Source: Eledone cirrhosa
Lineage: Eukaryota
Reading direction: 5' to 3'
Length of the DNA: 64,000 nucleotides
Assembly (NCBI GenBank): GCA_964016885.1
Contig: OZ024745.1
Location: 88,288,001 to 88,352,000, forward strand
Shown: positions 1-12,982 of the stretch, piece by piece
Layout: each line of letters starts with the position of its first letter
Position numbering within the stretch: position 1 is the stretch's first letter
Program-made: the position numbers and the translations under genes
The notes under the pieces: generated by a model
The model's input: only the letters and a program-made list of their open reading frames with translations
Databases searched by the model: none
What the model was told of the DNA's origin: nothing

Positions 1-3000
1 CTCTCTTACCCTCCTCTAATCCTCTATAGAACGCCAAGGTGGAGTTTCCACTGATCACATTGCCCGATTGGTCGAGGGCTGTGAGCGCCTGAAGACATTA
101 CAGTCTCCAAGCGCTCCCTCTCGGTCTTCGCTTTACCCAGGAGTGCATTCCTTCAAGGAGACGAGCTGGGGAAAGACGCGTCTAGCAAACGGCGACCACA
201 CCTGATCACCGTCGAGGAAGAGGTGGAGATGCCGTAGCCTGAGCATCATCAGCCACGGCATGCCCAGCCCTCCACGTAGCGAGTGTTAACAGCAGATGGA
301 CCGCCTGACCATCGGAGCGCGTCCCTTCCACAAAAAGCGAAAGAGCAAACGCTTCAGCGCAGTCAGGCGGGGCTTAGGACAAGGTACGACGGTCAGGTGT
401 TGGTAGATGACGGACGCGATGTACGCGTTAGCCACCACCGTTCGACCTTTCAGGTATATCTTCCTCGCCGCCCATTTCTGGGTGAGAGAAGCCACCCTGT
501 TCGTCACCTCGTCCCAGTTTTTGTCCGCCTGGTGGTCCGGACCGAACCAGACCCCTAGCAATTTAACCGGTTCGTCCGTCCACCACCCGACGATGCTGTT
601 GGACGGCATGGACCTGCCTCTCCAGGTGCCGAGCTGCATACCCACTGACATTTCCTGGTCACTTTCCTGGACATTCCCTGTCACCGCTTCTTATTCTCTT
701 AGTGTAGTGCCGATCGCCTCGATGTCTTTGGCGTTCGACACAACTACGGTGACATCGTCCGCATATGCTGACACGGATCTTCCGCATCCTAGTTCGCGCG
801 GGAACCCCTGAACATCTCCAGTTTGTGCAGTAATGGCTCGAGAGACAATACGTACAAGAGGGACGAGAGGAGACATCCTTGGCGGACCGAGCGCATGATG
901 TTGAACGGTTCCGAAAGGTGACCGTTCACTCTCATCACAGAGCAGATGTCGCTGTGCATAGCAGCGATCCAGCCTCTGAAGATGGGCCCAAAGCCAGCCG
1001 CTCTCAGGACTGCTGCTAGGTAACGATGGTCGACCCTATCGAAAGCTTTTGACTGATCTAAATTGATCAAGGAGCCACCCGTGCCAGGTTCCCCAGCTAC
1101 CCTCTCTACGATGTATCGCATGAGGTGGAAGTTGTCGTGGATGGATCTGTCGGGAATGGCGCCTCTCCCACCAGACCACAAACGACAAGCGCCAACGTCT
1201 TTGCTAGCACCTTGGCCAAAATCTTGAACTCTGTGTCTAGCAGAGATATGGGCCTGACATTATTTATGTTATCAATCTTGTTCGGATCTTTTCTCAGCAG
1301 CGCCTCAGCTCCTCAGCTTAGAGAGCTGGGAATTCTCCCGTTCTGTTGCCAGTTGCAGTGGACATCCGCCAAGAGGCCTCCGAACAAGTCTGGCATCTGT
1401 ACGTAAAGTTCAAAGGGCAGACCATCCAAACCAGGCAATTTATCTCTTGTGCAGCCAGTCATTGCCTACCGTACTTCAGCGGTTGTTATCGGCTTTTCGC
1501 AACACTCCGCCTCAGTGGCCGAGAGCCGCGGCAGTCCCTCGAGGTAGACACTAAAGTCCATCCTTCGATCCGGCCCGCCGCTTCCCCCGAACACCTGCGC
1601 GAAGTGTCGCTGAAAAGCTTCACACATTTGCCCGGGATCGAGTAGCATGCGCACCTCGTGGTACACCAAAGACCAGATCGTGGCTTTGTTGCCACGACGC
1701 GCCTCCGCCACGCGGGCCCATTGAAAGGCTTTCGTCTCCTCGTGTCTGAGAACACGCACCATAGCTCTGACAACGCAGCCTTCGTGCTTTGCATTGAAGA
1801 ATTGATCAAGGGCCAATTTCACCGCAAGTACGTTGGTCGCGATGCCTTTGCTAAGCGCCTCGTCTAATTTTCTAACTTGTTCTCCCTCTGCTCTATTTTT
1901 CTCTATTGCTAAAGCCTTACTAAGCCTAATGGACTCTATTCTAATCGCTCTTTTCAGAGCAAACCACCACTTGTTGTTGACGATGGTCCCCGTCAACGCC
2001 CGCTTAACTAGTTCGCTAATCCGGGCTCTGTAGGCCTTGCGCGCTGGTAAGGACGTGTTTAGCTTCAAGTAGCCGGGTCCTCGTCTATGAAGCCTATCTA
2101 TGTCAAGCAAACAGATCACGAATTTGTGGTCCGTGCATCTGACTATCTTGAGTTGTGGACAGCCTATGCTAGACCTATATATTTCCCTACTATTACTCTA
2201 TCTAGATATGATTCTGGATGACACTATACGATTTGTCCAAGTCCACATTGGCACATTCGGGAAATCTAATCGGTACCTGTCAGACAGTTCAAAACGCTTG
2301 AGCAGGTTGGTGAGGCTCTTGCCCCCCTCCCCTATCCGCTAATCCCAGACAGTCTCAGCGTGCATCTAAGATCCCGTTCCCTCTAACACTAAAGAGCGGG
2401 ACGTTCCAAGAAAGGTCTCCAGACGCCGAAAGAAATCAGGCCGCCCTGTTCCTGTCGGGGCATAGACGGCCACTAGCCTGAAAGCTTTCCCGTCTCCGCT
2501 GGTCACGTCCAACACCACCAACTTACCTTCTGGATCCAGGAAGATGGCCCGTATGGCGAGATCGAAAACTCTCCGAAAAAGCACAGCAACTCAACCCCCG
2601 ATCCAGGACGGCTGGGAGATGCGTACACCTCGTAGCCGCCGATGATCGGTGCGAAGGCACGTGCTTTGGAGATTGTGGTCTCGCTGATGGCCACTACATC
2701 TATGTTTAGAGTCCTGAGGTCGTTGAGCAGGTGGCCCTGCTTCCATGACGACCCCAAGCCACGCGCATTTATGCTGCCTATTATGCTCACTATGAGTGAG
2801 GTCGTGTTGAAATGGAGTGGAAAAGATGGGAAATCCCACTTACCTTACTTCTCGTAGAGGAAGTTTTTTATTCCATCCCTTTTCACTTGATCGTCTAGTG
2901 AAGGGATCGTTGAATCGTCCCATCCGCTGGTCGTCGGCTCTTCTGTGAGTATATCTGAATATACTCTCCGGTTGAGTGTCCCTATTAGGTTTCTGAAACA

Positions 3001-4214
3001 CCATCTGGTGTTGGTGGTCTTTCTGCTGTAAGTCTCTTTGCTGTAGCCTTTACCCTTTTTTCATTTCTTTCCTCCTTTTTCGAAGGCGACGATGCGCTGC
3101 TTCTGCGTTTGTGCCTTCTTGCGACATTTTGCCATCCCTCTCCCACCTCACTCTACATGTCCGATTCTGTGAGGTCTTGGAGGGGTACCAGCCCCATTAT
3201 TTCACTTGTTCTTGCTGGTGATGTTTGCAGCTGCAGTTGCTATTACTGTTGTTGTTGTAATACTTCGACTGCTGCTGCTGTTCTTGATTTCCGTGGCGTG
3301 GGTATGGGTGCCACGGACCTATCCTTCGTGCTTGCCGCCTGTCCTGTTGCTGGTAGCAGTGTGTCCGGTTTCGGAAGGAGGGGGGGTTTTCTCCTTTCTC
3401 AGGGTCTTCTCGTTGCAGAAGGCCCTGAGTTGAGTCTTCGACCCACAGCGTAAGCATTTCGGGCGTTTGTCCTCAACACTTATGGGCAGTTGAGCGCCGT
3501 TATCGAAGTCTATCACATCCGGGGTAGCTTCGATGCACTCCTGGTTGGTTTGGATTAACATCTCAATGGAGGTGCCGACCCAATCTTCTCGTACTTTTTC
3601 TGTACTTGCAGTACAGTTGTTTTGTCCTCGATTCCGACTAGGACAGACGCGGCCAGCCAAGAAGGGACCATCCCGGGGGGGGGGGGGTTACCTGGGTCAG
3701 TTTGACCCTCACAATTTTTGCCCGCAGTAGGAGGGCACCACAACCATTTCCTCGCTCCTTAAGGTCACTAAGCATTGAGCCTTTGCCTCCTGGGGTGTGG
3801 CAAAAAGCACGTCCATGGTGGCATATTTCTTGCCTCGGGTGATATGCGTTTTCCCCTGCCACACAGACCCTAAGGCTTTTTGTATTTGAGCCTCTGTGGC
3901 TCTTTCAACCCTACTTGATTTTGTGCTTATTGTACGGTACGTACAGTGCTGTTAGGTTTCGAAAAAGTTTTCGGCTGCCTTGCAGATTGCTCGGTGTCTG
4001 GTTTTCGTCACCATCTTCTTTGCTTCCTGTAATTCCTCATTTGTTATAAGGATGGTTTCCAGGTTCTTTGCGATACCTGCAAACGAGATTGGTTTTTCTT
4101 TCTTGTTGTTGTTGACGTCAGAGCTGCTGTTACTTTTGTTGTTGGTGCTGGTACTACGCCCGCCGCCGCCGCTGTTGCTATGGTTGTTGATGTTGTTGCT
4201 GCTGCTGCTGTTGT

Positions 4215-4245
<31 letters not shown>

Positions 4246-4830
4246 TATGCTGCTGCTGCTGTTGTTGCCGCTGCTACTAGTGTTTTCCTTTACACTGTTG
4301 CTGTTGCTGCTGTTATTACGGCTGCTGCTGCTATTCTTCATGACGTCAGACGAATGAAATGGCTTTCTGTGTTTACCGCACACACTTTTCGTCGTTGTCA
4401 TCGTCGTGGAGAAATGTTCCACGGTATGCACGTGCTCCTGGTGAAAGCTATCAGAACCTATATTTTTCTTTTTCTTTAATGGCGTCGCTTGCGAAAAAGG
4501 CGACAGCACATTTAGAGAAGGGGGCGGAGACAATCTTCTCTCTGATGTAGTGACGATTGAGGAAGAAGACGGAAAGAGTGGGAGTGACTTGTGAAAATTC
4601 TTTTTTGTAGCTATGTTTTTATTTACGGTTTACAATGAATATTGGGCACAAACCCCAATAAGCGGTTATTTAACCCTGAAGGGCCAAATAACGGGAAGAA
4701 AGACCCCTCTCACGAGGAGGAGGGTGTTTTTATCTACAATTTGGTTCAAGTTTTAAACAATTTACAATTCGTATAGAGGTTAAAAATTACTATACCTTAC
4801 AGAGCCGAGCCTCCGTCAACCATGGCATTC
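1..4830 (-). mobile_element. Tx1-clade non-LTR retrotransposon, copy A (degraded; 3' end lies outside the window)
   Basis: Broken ORF2 with AP-endonuclease (IGSINARGL, VAISET, LVAVYAP) and RT motifs (NLDQSKAFDRVDH, VRQGC, SAYADD, LLGVWF). N/S-rich ORF1 fragments with a CLRC knuckle. The 5' end abuts an (AAT)n tract at 4831-4857. Confidence 0.9.
286..2790 (-). pseudogene. Tx1 ORF2 (APE + RT), frameshifted
   Basis: ORFs 2503-2790, 2366-2584, 1466-2119, 789-1181, 691-876 and 286-684 are successive parts of one L1/Tx1-type pol. Confidence 0.9.
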
Positions 4831-4854
4831 AATAATAATAATAATATTAATAAT

Positions 4855-7800
4855 AATGGTTTCTTCATTGGACACAAGTGTTTACACGAAGAAAAACATT
4901 AGATACGGCACAGAACAGTATAGGGCGATACAAAGTGGGTGTTGGTCTTGTAAACAGGTTATAACAAAATTGGGCTAGAAATTAAAAAAAATTCAAACAA
5001 CAAAAATTGCCCAAAAAGGGGGAAACATCCGAGGGTCAATCGTGGCGAAAACCACACAAAAAGGCCACGGCCACCCTGACCACCAGGGCAAGCGCCCTCT
5101 CTCAGTTTTCCCACTCCTTAGAATACAGTCTCGCCACTTTCACCCACCTTAGAATACAGACTCGCCACTTTCACCCACCTTTCTAGAAGACAGCACTTGC
5201 CTCTCCACCTTGATTTTCCTCTTCAAGTGAAACTTGAAGAAGTTAACCAGGGATTGGCCGAAGAGGAAAGTATCCGTCTTCAACCCTTTCAACCTTGTCC
5301 ACCACACAATCTCTTTCTCCATGGCCACCAGACAGATGAAAACTGCCTGCCCTTCCTCCTCTTTAAAGGAGGATGGCGGGGTTATCTGCACAATGGACTC
5401 AGTCGATAACCCGATCCGTCCTACACGCGACAGCAGCTGTTCGACATAGCTCCACAAGTCAGCAATCCTGAACGAGTGCGTGCAGGACGGTTTCATCGCC
5501 CTGCGCGCATCTCGGACAGGCTCGGCTGACAGCACCTCCGTCCCTGTAGAGCTTATTCCGAACCGGCAACGCTCCCCGGTAGCACCACTAGGCCAGGGAT
5601 TTCTGGAAGTTGTCCATAGCCTTCGGTCTGAAAGTTCTCTTGAAGAAAGCCAACAGTTGATCGTCTTCGACGCCCAGGGTCTCCGCGAGAACGTCGTCGC
5701 TCTTTCCCTCCACTAGCCCTCTATAGAACGCCGAGGTTGGTGTTCCACCGATACTAGTGCCCAGCTAGTAGAGGGAGGTAAGCGCTTGGAGACATTCCAG
5801 CTTCCAAGCGCTATCCCACGGTCTTTTCCTGATCCAGGATTGCAGTTCCGTCAAGGAGACGAGTTGGGGAAAAGCGCGTCTGGCAAACGGAGACCACACC
5901 TGTTCACTGTCAAGGAAGCACCAGATTTGTCACAGCCTCAGCGCATGTTTGCGCATCATCAGCCACGGCATGCCTAGTCCACCACGCAACGGGTGTTGAC
6001 AGCAAATGGATCGTCTGACCATGGAAGCACGTCCCGTCCACAAAAAGCGGAAGAGAAGGCGCTCCATTTTGGTCAGTATTGGGCGGGGGCAAGGTACGAT
6101 GACAGGCGGTAGCAGATGATGGACGCTATGTACGCATTCGCCACCTCTGCCCGACCTTTCAGAGACAGCCGCCTCTCGGCCCATTTCTGGGTGAGAGAGG
6201 CCACTCTGCTCGTCACCACGCTCCAGTTTTTCTCCATCTGAAGGTCCGGACCGAACCAGACTCCGAGCAATTTAACCGCTCCTTCCGTCCAGCGCCCCAC
6301 GAATCTGTCGGACGGCATGGACTTGCATCTCCAGGTGCTGAGTTGCAAGCCCACCGACTTTTCCTGGTTTATCTTTGCTCCTGTCACCGCTTCGTATTGA
6401 AGCCGGCCGCCTCGAGGACCGCAGCCAAGTACCGATGGTCGACCCTATCAAATGCTTTAGATTGATCCAAGTTGACCAGGGTTCCACCCGTGCCAGGTTC
6501 CTTAACCACCCTCTCTATGATGTATCGCATGAGATGGACGTTGTTGTGGATGGATCTGTCCGGAATGACGCATGTCTGCGCCTCTCCCACTAGATCACTG
6601 ACGACAAGCGCCAATCTCTTTGCTAACAGCTTGGCCAAAATCTTAAACTCTGCGTTTAGCAGAGTTGTCTATAATGTCCCCCTTGTTAGGGGTCTTTTCT
6701 CGGCAGCGCCACCGCTCCCCGGCTCACAAAACTTGTAATGCTCCCGTTCTGCTGCCAGTTGCAGTAGACATCTGCCAAGATGTCGCCGAACAAGTCTGGC
6801 ATATACGCATAAAGTTCGTAGGGCAGACCATCCAAACCTGGCGATTTACTCCTCGTGCAGTCAGACATCGCTTCCCGTATTTCACCAGCTGTTATCGGCT
6901 TTTCGCAGCACTGCGCTGCGGTTGTCGAGAGCCGCGCCAATCTGTCGAGGTATGCACCGAAATCCATACTCCGATCCGGCCCGAACATTTAAGCAAAGTG
7001 CTGTTGAAAAGCCGCACACATCTGCTCGGGTTCGAGCAGCATGCGCCCGTTTTGATCAAACAAAGACCGATTTGTAGACTTGTTGCCACGTTGCGCCTCC
7101 ACCACCCGGGCCCATTGAACGGCTTTCGTCCCCTCGTGTCTTAGAGCACGCGCTATATCTCTGACAACGCAACCTTCATGCTTTGCGTTGAAGAATTGGT
7201 CGAATACCAATCTCGCCGCAAGAACGTCGGTTGCGATGCCTGTCCTAAACGCCTCTTCTAGCTTTCTAGCTAACTCTCTCTCTACTCTATTTTTCTCTAT
7301 CACTACTCCATTGCTAATCCTTATTGATTCTACTCTAATAGCCCTTTTCAGGGTAAACCACCACCTGTTGTTGACGATCGCACCCGTCAACGCACGCTTA
7401 AATAATTCGCTAATCCGGTCTCTGTAAGCTTTGAGCGCCGGGAAAGACGCTTTCAGCTTCCAGTAGCCGGGCCCTTGTCTTTGGAGTCTATCTAAGTCAA
7501 CTTCACAGATCACAAATTTGTGGTCCGTGTAGTCGACTACATTAAATGGTGGACAGCCTACACTAGCCTTATTGTTTCCCTACAGAATACCATATCTAAA
7601 TACGATCTGGATGATCCGATGCGGTTTTCCCATGTCCACATTGGAACATTCGGATAATCCAGTCTATACCTGTCAAACAGTTCAAAAAATCCCAGTTTCT
7701 GGTCTCGCTGATGGCTATCACATCTATGTTTAGTGACCTGAGGTCGTTGAGCAGGTGACCCTGCTTCCAAGATGACCCCAGGCCACGTACATTTATACTG

Positions 7801-9950
7801 CCTATTCTAAGTACGGCCATGTTGGATGAGAATCGGGGTAAGTGAGAAAGGATCACTTACCTTGATCGTGTGGTGAAGGGACAGTAGAACTGTCCCTTTG
7901 GCTGGTCATGGGTGTTTCCAAGAGGGTGTCGGTGTATATCCTTTTGATAATCGACCCTCTGAAGTTGGGGAATTTTTCTTTTAACAGTTTGTACTGTTCT
8001 ATTTTGATTTCAATTTTGTTTATGTTTTTCAAGAGTTCTTGGTGTTGATGGTGTGGTAGTTTTTTTCTTTGATGTCTGTGTGCTGATTTATATGTTGTAA
8101 GATTTCTTTTATTACCATGTTTATGGCTGTGAACCTTTTGGGGGGAGGGGTGATTTTGTTGCTGTTTTCTTGTTGGTGATGTTGGGTGTGTGTGTTTTGT
8201 TGTCTTTGCGATGTTGGTGTTTTTGGTGATGCGGGTGGTGGTTATGGTGATGGTGTTGGTGTTGTTGCAAATCTCCTTGCAGCCTTTACCCCTCTTTGTT
8301 TGTCTTCGCTTCTGGAGGGTGAAGCTAAGGGATTTTTCCTCTTTTGTTGTTTGTGGAAGACCGTTTGCCACTTCCCTCCCGCATGATACTCCATGTCGGA
8401 TTCCGTGGGCGTCTGGGAGGGGTATGAGCTCCACTGCTGTTGGTGATGGTAGTTTAGCCCGCTCCGGCCTTTTTGCCGCCGGTGTAGCTACTGCGACTGT
8501 TGGTGTTGCCGCCACTGCTGCCGCTGCTTTAGTTGTCCCTGGCCTTCGTATGGGTGCCACGGACGTTTCCCTCCTACTCACCATGGAAGGGTCTTCTGTC
8601 TCTATTGGCTGCCCTGTTCTTGATAGCAGCGGATCAGGAGTCGGAAGGATGGGGGGCCCTCTTCTTGAATATCTTCTGCGGTTAGAAGGCGCTGAGCTAA
8701 CCCTTCTGTCTTCCGCGCTTATAGAGAGTTGGAGTCCTTCTTCGAGGTCTATAATGTCTGGAATGGCCTCGATGCACTCCTGGTCAGACCGTATTAGCAT
8801 TTGCATGCGTATTCTTGGCCAGTTTTCTCTTCCTATTCTCTGTATTTGCAGTATAGTGGTCTTCTCCTCGATTCCAGCAAGTACAGATGCGGCGAACCAA
8901 GGTATGGGCACGTCGGGCAGGACCTGGGTCACTTTGACCCTCTCAATTTTCTGCCCGCAGTAGGAGGGCACCAAGATTATCTCCTAACACTTTAGGGTTT
9001 CCAAAGAGAGATATTTCGCCTTTTGGGGGGTGGCGAAAAGTACGTTTACTGTGGCGTAGTTTTTCCCTCGGCTGATGTGTGTTTTGCGCGCCCAGACGCA
9101 CACCAAGAGCTTTGGGATTTGAGCCTCTCTGGCTCTCTCCACCCGATGTGACATTTTGCTTACGGTGCGGTAAGTCACCGTGCGCAGCTGCTGGTCTTTG
9201 CAGAAATCGGGTGAAGGTTTCAGGGAAACATTATTGTCGTTTCTTGACACCATGGCTCATGCGACTGCCATCTCCTCCTCCGTGACTAGGACTGTCTCTA
9301 TATTTCGGGTCACACCTACGAAAGAAGTGGCCCCTTTTTCAGCGGCACCATTATTGCTGCCGCTACTGCTACTACTGGTCTTGTTGTTGGTGCTGTTGCT
9401 GTTGCTACTGCTACAAACGGTGTTGCTGTTATCACTGTTGTAGTTGGTTGTGTTTTTGGTGCCACCGTTGTTGTTGGAGTTGTCGTTGTTTATTTTCTTG
9501 TTACTGGTGTTACTATCGTTGTTGCATTTGTTGTCATTTTTTTCCGTTGTCTGTATTTTGTTGTCGCTGTTATTGTTGTAGTCGGTGTGGTAATGTTTTT
9601 TAAAATTAGTGTTCTCAGTGTTTTATCGTCTTTGTTCCCGTTGTTTTGGTGGTGTTTGTTATATGAATTTCTGTAATCCTCCTCTCAACTTTTACGCCGT
9701 TGTCACACGACAGCAGACGTATGGCTGGGGGGCGTGGCTCAGCCATGTTTTTATAAATCTTTTAACAGTAAAATGTTCAAATATTAATAAAATATTTGGG
9801 CCCAAAGGCCCAAATATAATACTTTCTCCTTCATAGGGCAAAGTCCAAGGGCTTATATCCCTTACACAACAAGAAAAAATAAGCAACAAATAATTATAAC
9901 AGGTAAATAAAGCGACTTATTGGGAGCGAGCAAAAAGCGTCCGAACAGAC
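4855..9950 (-). mobile_element. Tx1-clade non-LTR retrotransposon, copy B (both termini present, internal deletions)
   Basis: ORF1 pieces at 7853-9253. ORF2 pieces include RIGSINVRGL, GPGYWKL, KSPGLDGLP, NLDQSKAFDRVDH and GGLGMP. Paralogous to copy A. Deletions near 7690 (APE) and 6395 (RT core). Ends in an (ATT)n tail. Confidence 0.9.
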
Positions 9951-9954
9951 CAAT

Positions 9955-10150
9955 AGTAATAATTGTTTCTACTTTTGGCACAAGGCCAGCAATTAACCAG
10001 TGTATTACTGGTACTTTATTTTATCGACCCCGTAAGGATGAAAGGCAAAGGTAACCTCGGCGGGATTTGAACTCAGACCATAAAGGGCCGTAACTCTTTG
10101 CTGCAAAGCATGGCGTCTGACCCTCTACAGATACTGCCAATCCACCACCA
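9955..10150 (-). mobile_element. tRNA-derived SINE
   Basis: Minus strand shows an A-box-like TGGCAGTATC, B-box GAGTTCAAATCC, central TTGCCTTTCATCCTTACGGGGTCGATAAAATAAAGTACCAG and tail GTAGAAACAATTATT. Repeated several times in the window. Confidence 0.85.
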
Positions 10151-10839
10151 ATAGTAATAATAATAAGAAGAGAAAAAAGAAACAGCCACGAAAAGAACAA
10201 TATGATGATGATCATCATCATCATCAACAGCAGCAACAGGAGGAGGAGAGGGGCCAAGAAGCAGAAGAAGAATGTCGCAGCTCTAAAAGTCACAACACCA
10301 CACCACCAACATGGTCGGCTGATTGGTCACATTGGAGCCTGATTTAGCCGCAAGATTACAAATGTTATGGGAAATCTACAAAAAAGGAACAACTGCAGAT
10401 TGTGTCCAACAACTACTGAAAATCTCAGATAACAAACTGCCCAAAGGTAGCAAGATAGCTGAATACATTTGGTCGATTTAAACTTCTTTCTCTCTTCATT
10501 CACATTGTCTTGTCTTATACCCTGCTTATTATTTTTCTTTCTTATCACCATCATGCTTGTTATAATTTTTGTTCAATGTATTCATTGTCCTGTTAATGTT
10601 TTTTCTCTGATTCATTTTTTCTCCAATCTGTCTTCTATTCTTCAATTCGATTCCTTCCGTTTTCTTGTGTTTTTTTAAATTATGTTTTATTATTCCTATT
10701 ATTATTAAATTTCTCATTATGATTCTGTTTCATTGATATATCTTTTACAGCAATTCTTTTCCTAATATTTCATTTGCGGTGCATACACACGCACACACAC
10801 ATACACATACACACGCACACACACATACACATACACACG

Positions 10840-10872
<33 letters not shown>

Positions 10873-10975
10873 GCAAATACACGCACAGACATGTTTATTT
10901 AAATATATATAAAATAATGTGACCGTTGCCTTCTCCAATCTACTTCATTATTCTCCTCCCTTCTCATTCTCTCTC

Positions 10976-11017
<42 letters not shown>

Positions 11018-11205
11018 GATAAATCTACCAAGAGTTTACGGTAGTGTCCAATCCGTATGAAGAACTCAATGTAATCCGGATATCATGGAAAGAAGAGATG
11101 CAATGAAAAATCACTTTCGGTGAAAGATAAACGGAATACAGAGTCAAGATAAAATATTAAAATATTAAAATATTAAAATATTTAATAAAAATATTTAATA
11201 TTTTA

Positions 11206-11236
<31 letters not shown>

Positions 11237-11982
11237 GTATAAAGGTTAACAAAATATCGTTATAGGTAATCCAATTAGAGGTTGTGGATACTTCTTATTA
11301 TGGATAGATTTCGCTTGTATTCATATTATATATGAATATATATACATATTTAATGTTTGTAAACTTGCTTGATAGGTAAAAATGTTTTTGATTTTTGAAT
11401 TTTGTAACAAAATATTGAATATATTTATTAATTGAACTATGCTTCTGATTATTATAGAAAATATATTGTTTAATTTTGCTAGAATATAATTAGCTCAAAC
11501 GTAACCAAATTCAAAAGAATTAAATTTTACGGTATTTAATTGATCGCATCTATTTGACTTAATATTTGAAAACAACGGTCACGCATCACGTCCCTTTCTC
11601 CTTTCTTTCTTTCTTTCATTCTTTCCTTTTTGCAGTTACGTCTTCCCTCTTCACTCTGCTTCTATCTTCTCTTCTTTTTTTCTCTCTTCTTCTTTATTCT
11701 CTTCTATCTATCTCTCTCTCTTCCTTTTCTTCCCTAACACAGATATTTACGCTTTTAAATATTTAAATATTTATGTATGTGTTTATTCATTTCTTCTTAA
11801 ATGTTCTCATACTCACCCCCTCCTTATACATATATCTCGCTCCTCAACCTCTTTTTCATCATATTTAAGTTTATCATGTTATTATTTGTGTATATAAATT
11901 TGAAATTTGTTGTAATAAATCACTGCCAATACTGGAATTGAACCACCAAGCCAGTTAGGTAGGTCATACATCAATTCATATA

Positions 11983-12044
11983 TTTTATCTGATGAGGACG
12001 TACTGATAAAACAGCACAGTACCTCCGAAATATATATAATAAAA
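11983..12044 (+). ncRNA. Minimal type-I hammerhead ribozyme (PLE-type)
   Basis: TTTTAT-CTGATGA-GGACGTACTG..CAGTACCTCC-GAAA-TATATA-TA-ATAAAA. Confidence 0.8.
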
Positions 12045-12099
12045 CATATTTTGATTATGTGAACATCTTCATTTATTAATAGTTATAACATTGTAATCA

Positions 12100-12178
12100 C
12101 ATATATATAACATAAGAGAAAAGGGAAGAAAAAGGAAAAAGATAGCGAAAAAAACAGGTTTATATACACCCACACACA

Positions 12179-12276
<98 letters not shown>

Positions 12277-12355
12277 TGTGTGTGGGCGTATATAAACCTG
12301 TTTTTTTCGCTATCTTTTTCCTTTTTCTTCCCTTTTCTCTTCTGTTATATATATG
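12100..12355. repeat. Near-perfect inverted repeat centred on (TA)n
   Basis: AGAGAAAAGGGAAGAAAAAGGAAAAAGATAGCGAAAAAAACAGGTTTATATAC is mirrored on the other side of the (TA)n tract. Confidence 0.85.
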
Positions 12356-12539
12356 TTTTCTCTCTCTCCCTTTTTTACCCAATAACTTCCTTTAGTTATT
12401 AACGCACTGGGGTTAGATATATTGTCTATAATGCGTAGCAATATCCATGATCCCCAGCAGACAACTGATGAAGGAACATTTCTCCCGTTCGTACTTTCCT
12501 CTTATCCAGCAACTACACAACCCCAGTTTCTTCTGATAT

Positions 12540-12921
12540 ATATATATAAGTATGTATACGTATACACATGTATACAGACGTACAGTAGTATGTATATATA
12601 TATACATACATGGACACATATATATATGTTCGTATGGATTCACCGAACATTTATTATAATGCTCGGTGTGTTTGTAAACGAACATCCTGTATTAAGCCGG
12701 ACAGTGTCTACCAACCATCGTTGCTCATTTACAAACACACCGAGCATTATAATAAATGTTCGGTGAATCCATACGTACATATATATATATGTGTGCATGT
12801 ATGTATATATATATACATACTACTGTACGTCTGTATACATATATGTATGTACCTATACATACTTATATTTAAGTAACAGCCGTACTAAGAGTGAGAAATG
12901 AAATTTCGTTTCATTTTTTCC

Positions 12922-12925
<4 letters not shown>
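12540..12925. repeat. Inverted pair of partial copies of the retrozyme-like family (see 48010-49110)
   Basis: Shares CCGAACATTTATTATAATGCTCGG and the end GAGAAATGAAATTTCGTTTCATTTTTTC with copies at 24.7, 32.7 and 48-49 kb. Confidence 0.75.

Positions 12926-12979
<54 letters not shown>

Positions 12980-12982
<3 letters not shown>

Noticed and set aside
9955-10150. tRNA gene
   Set aside because: A- and B-box-like motifs are present, but there is no cloverleaf and it is a multicopy SINE head.
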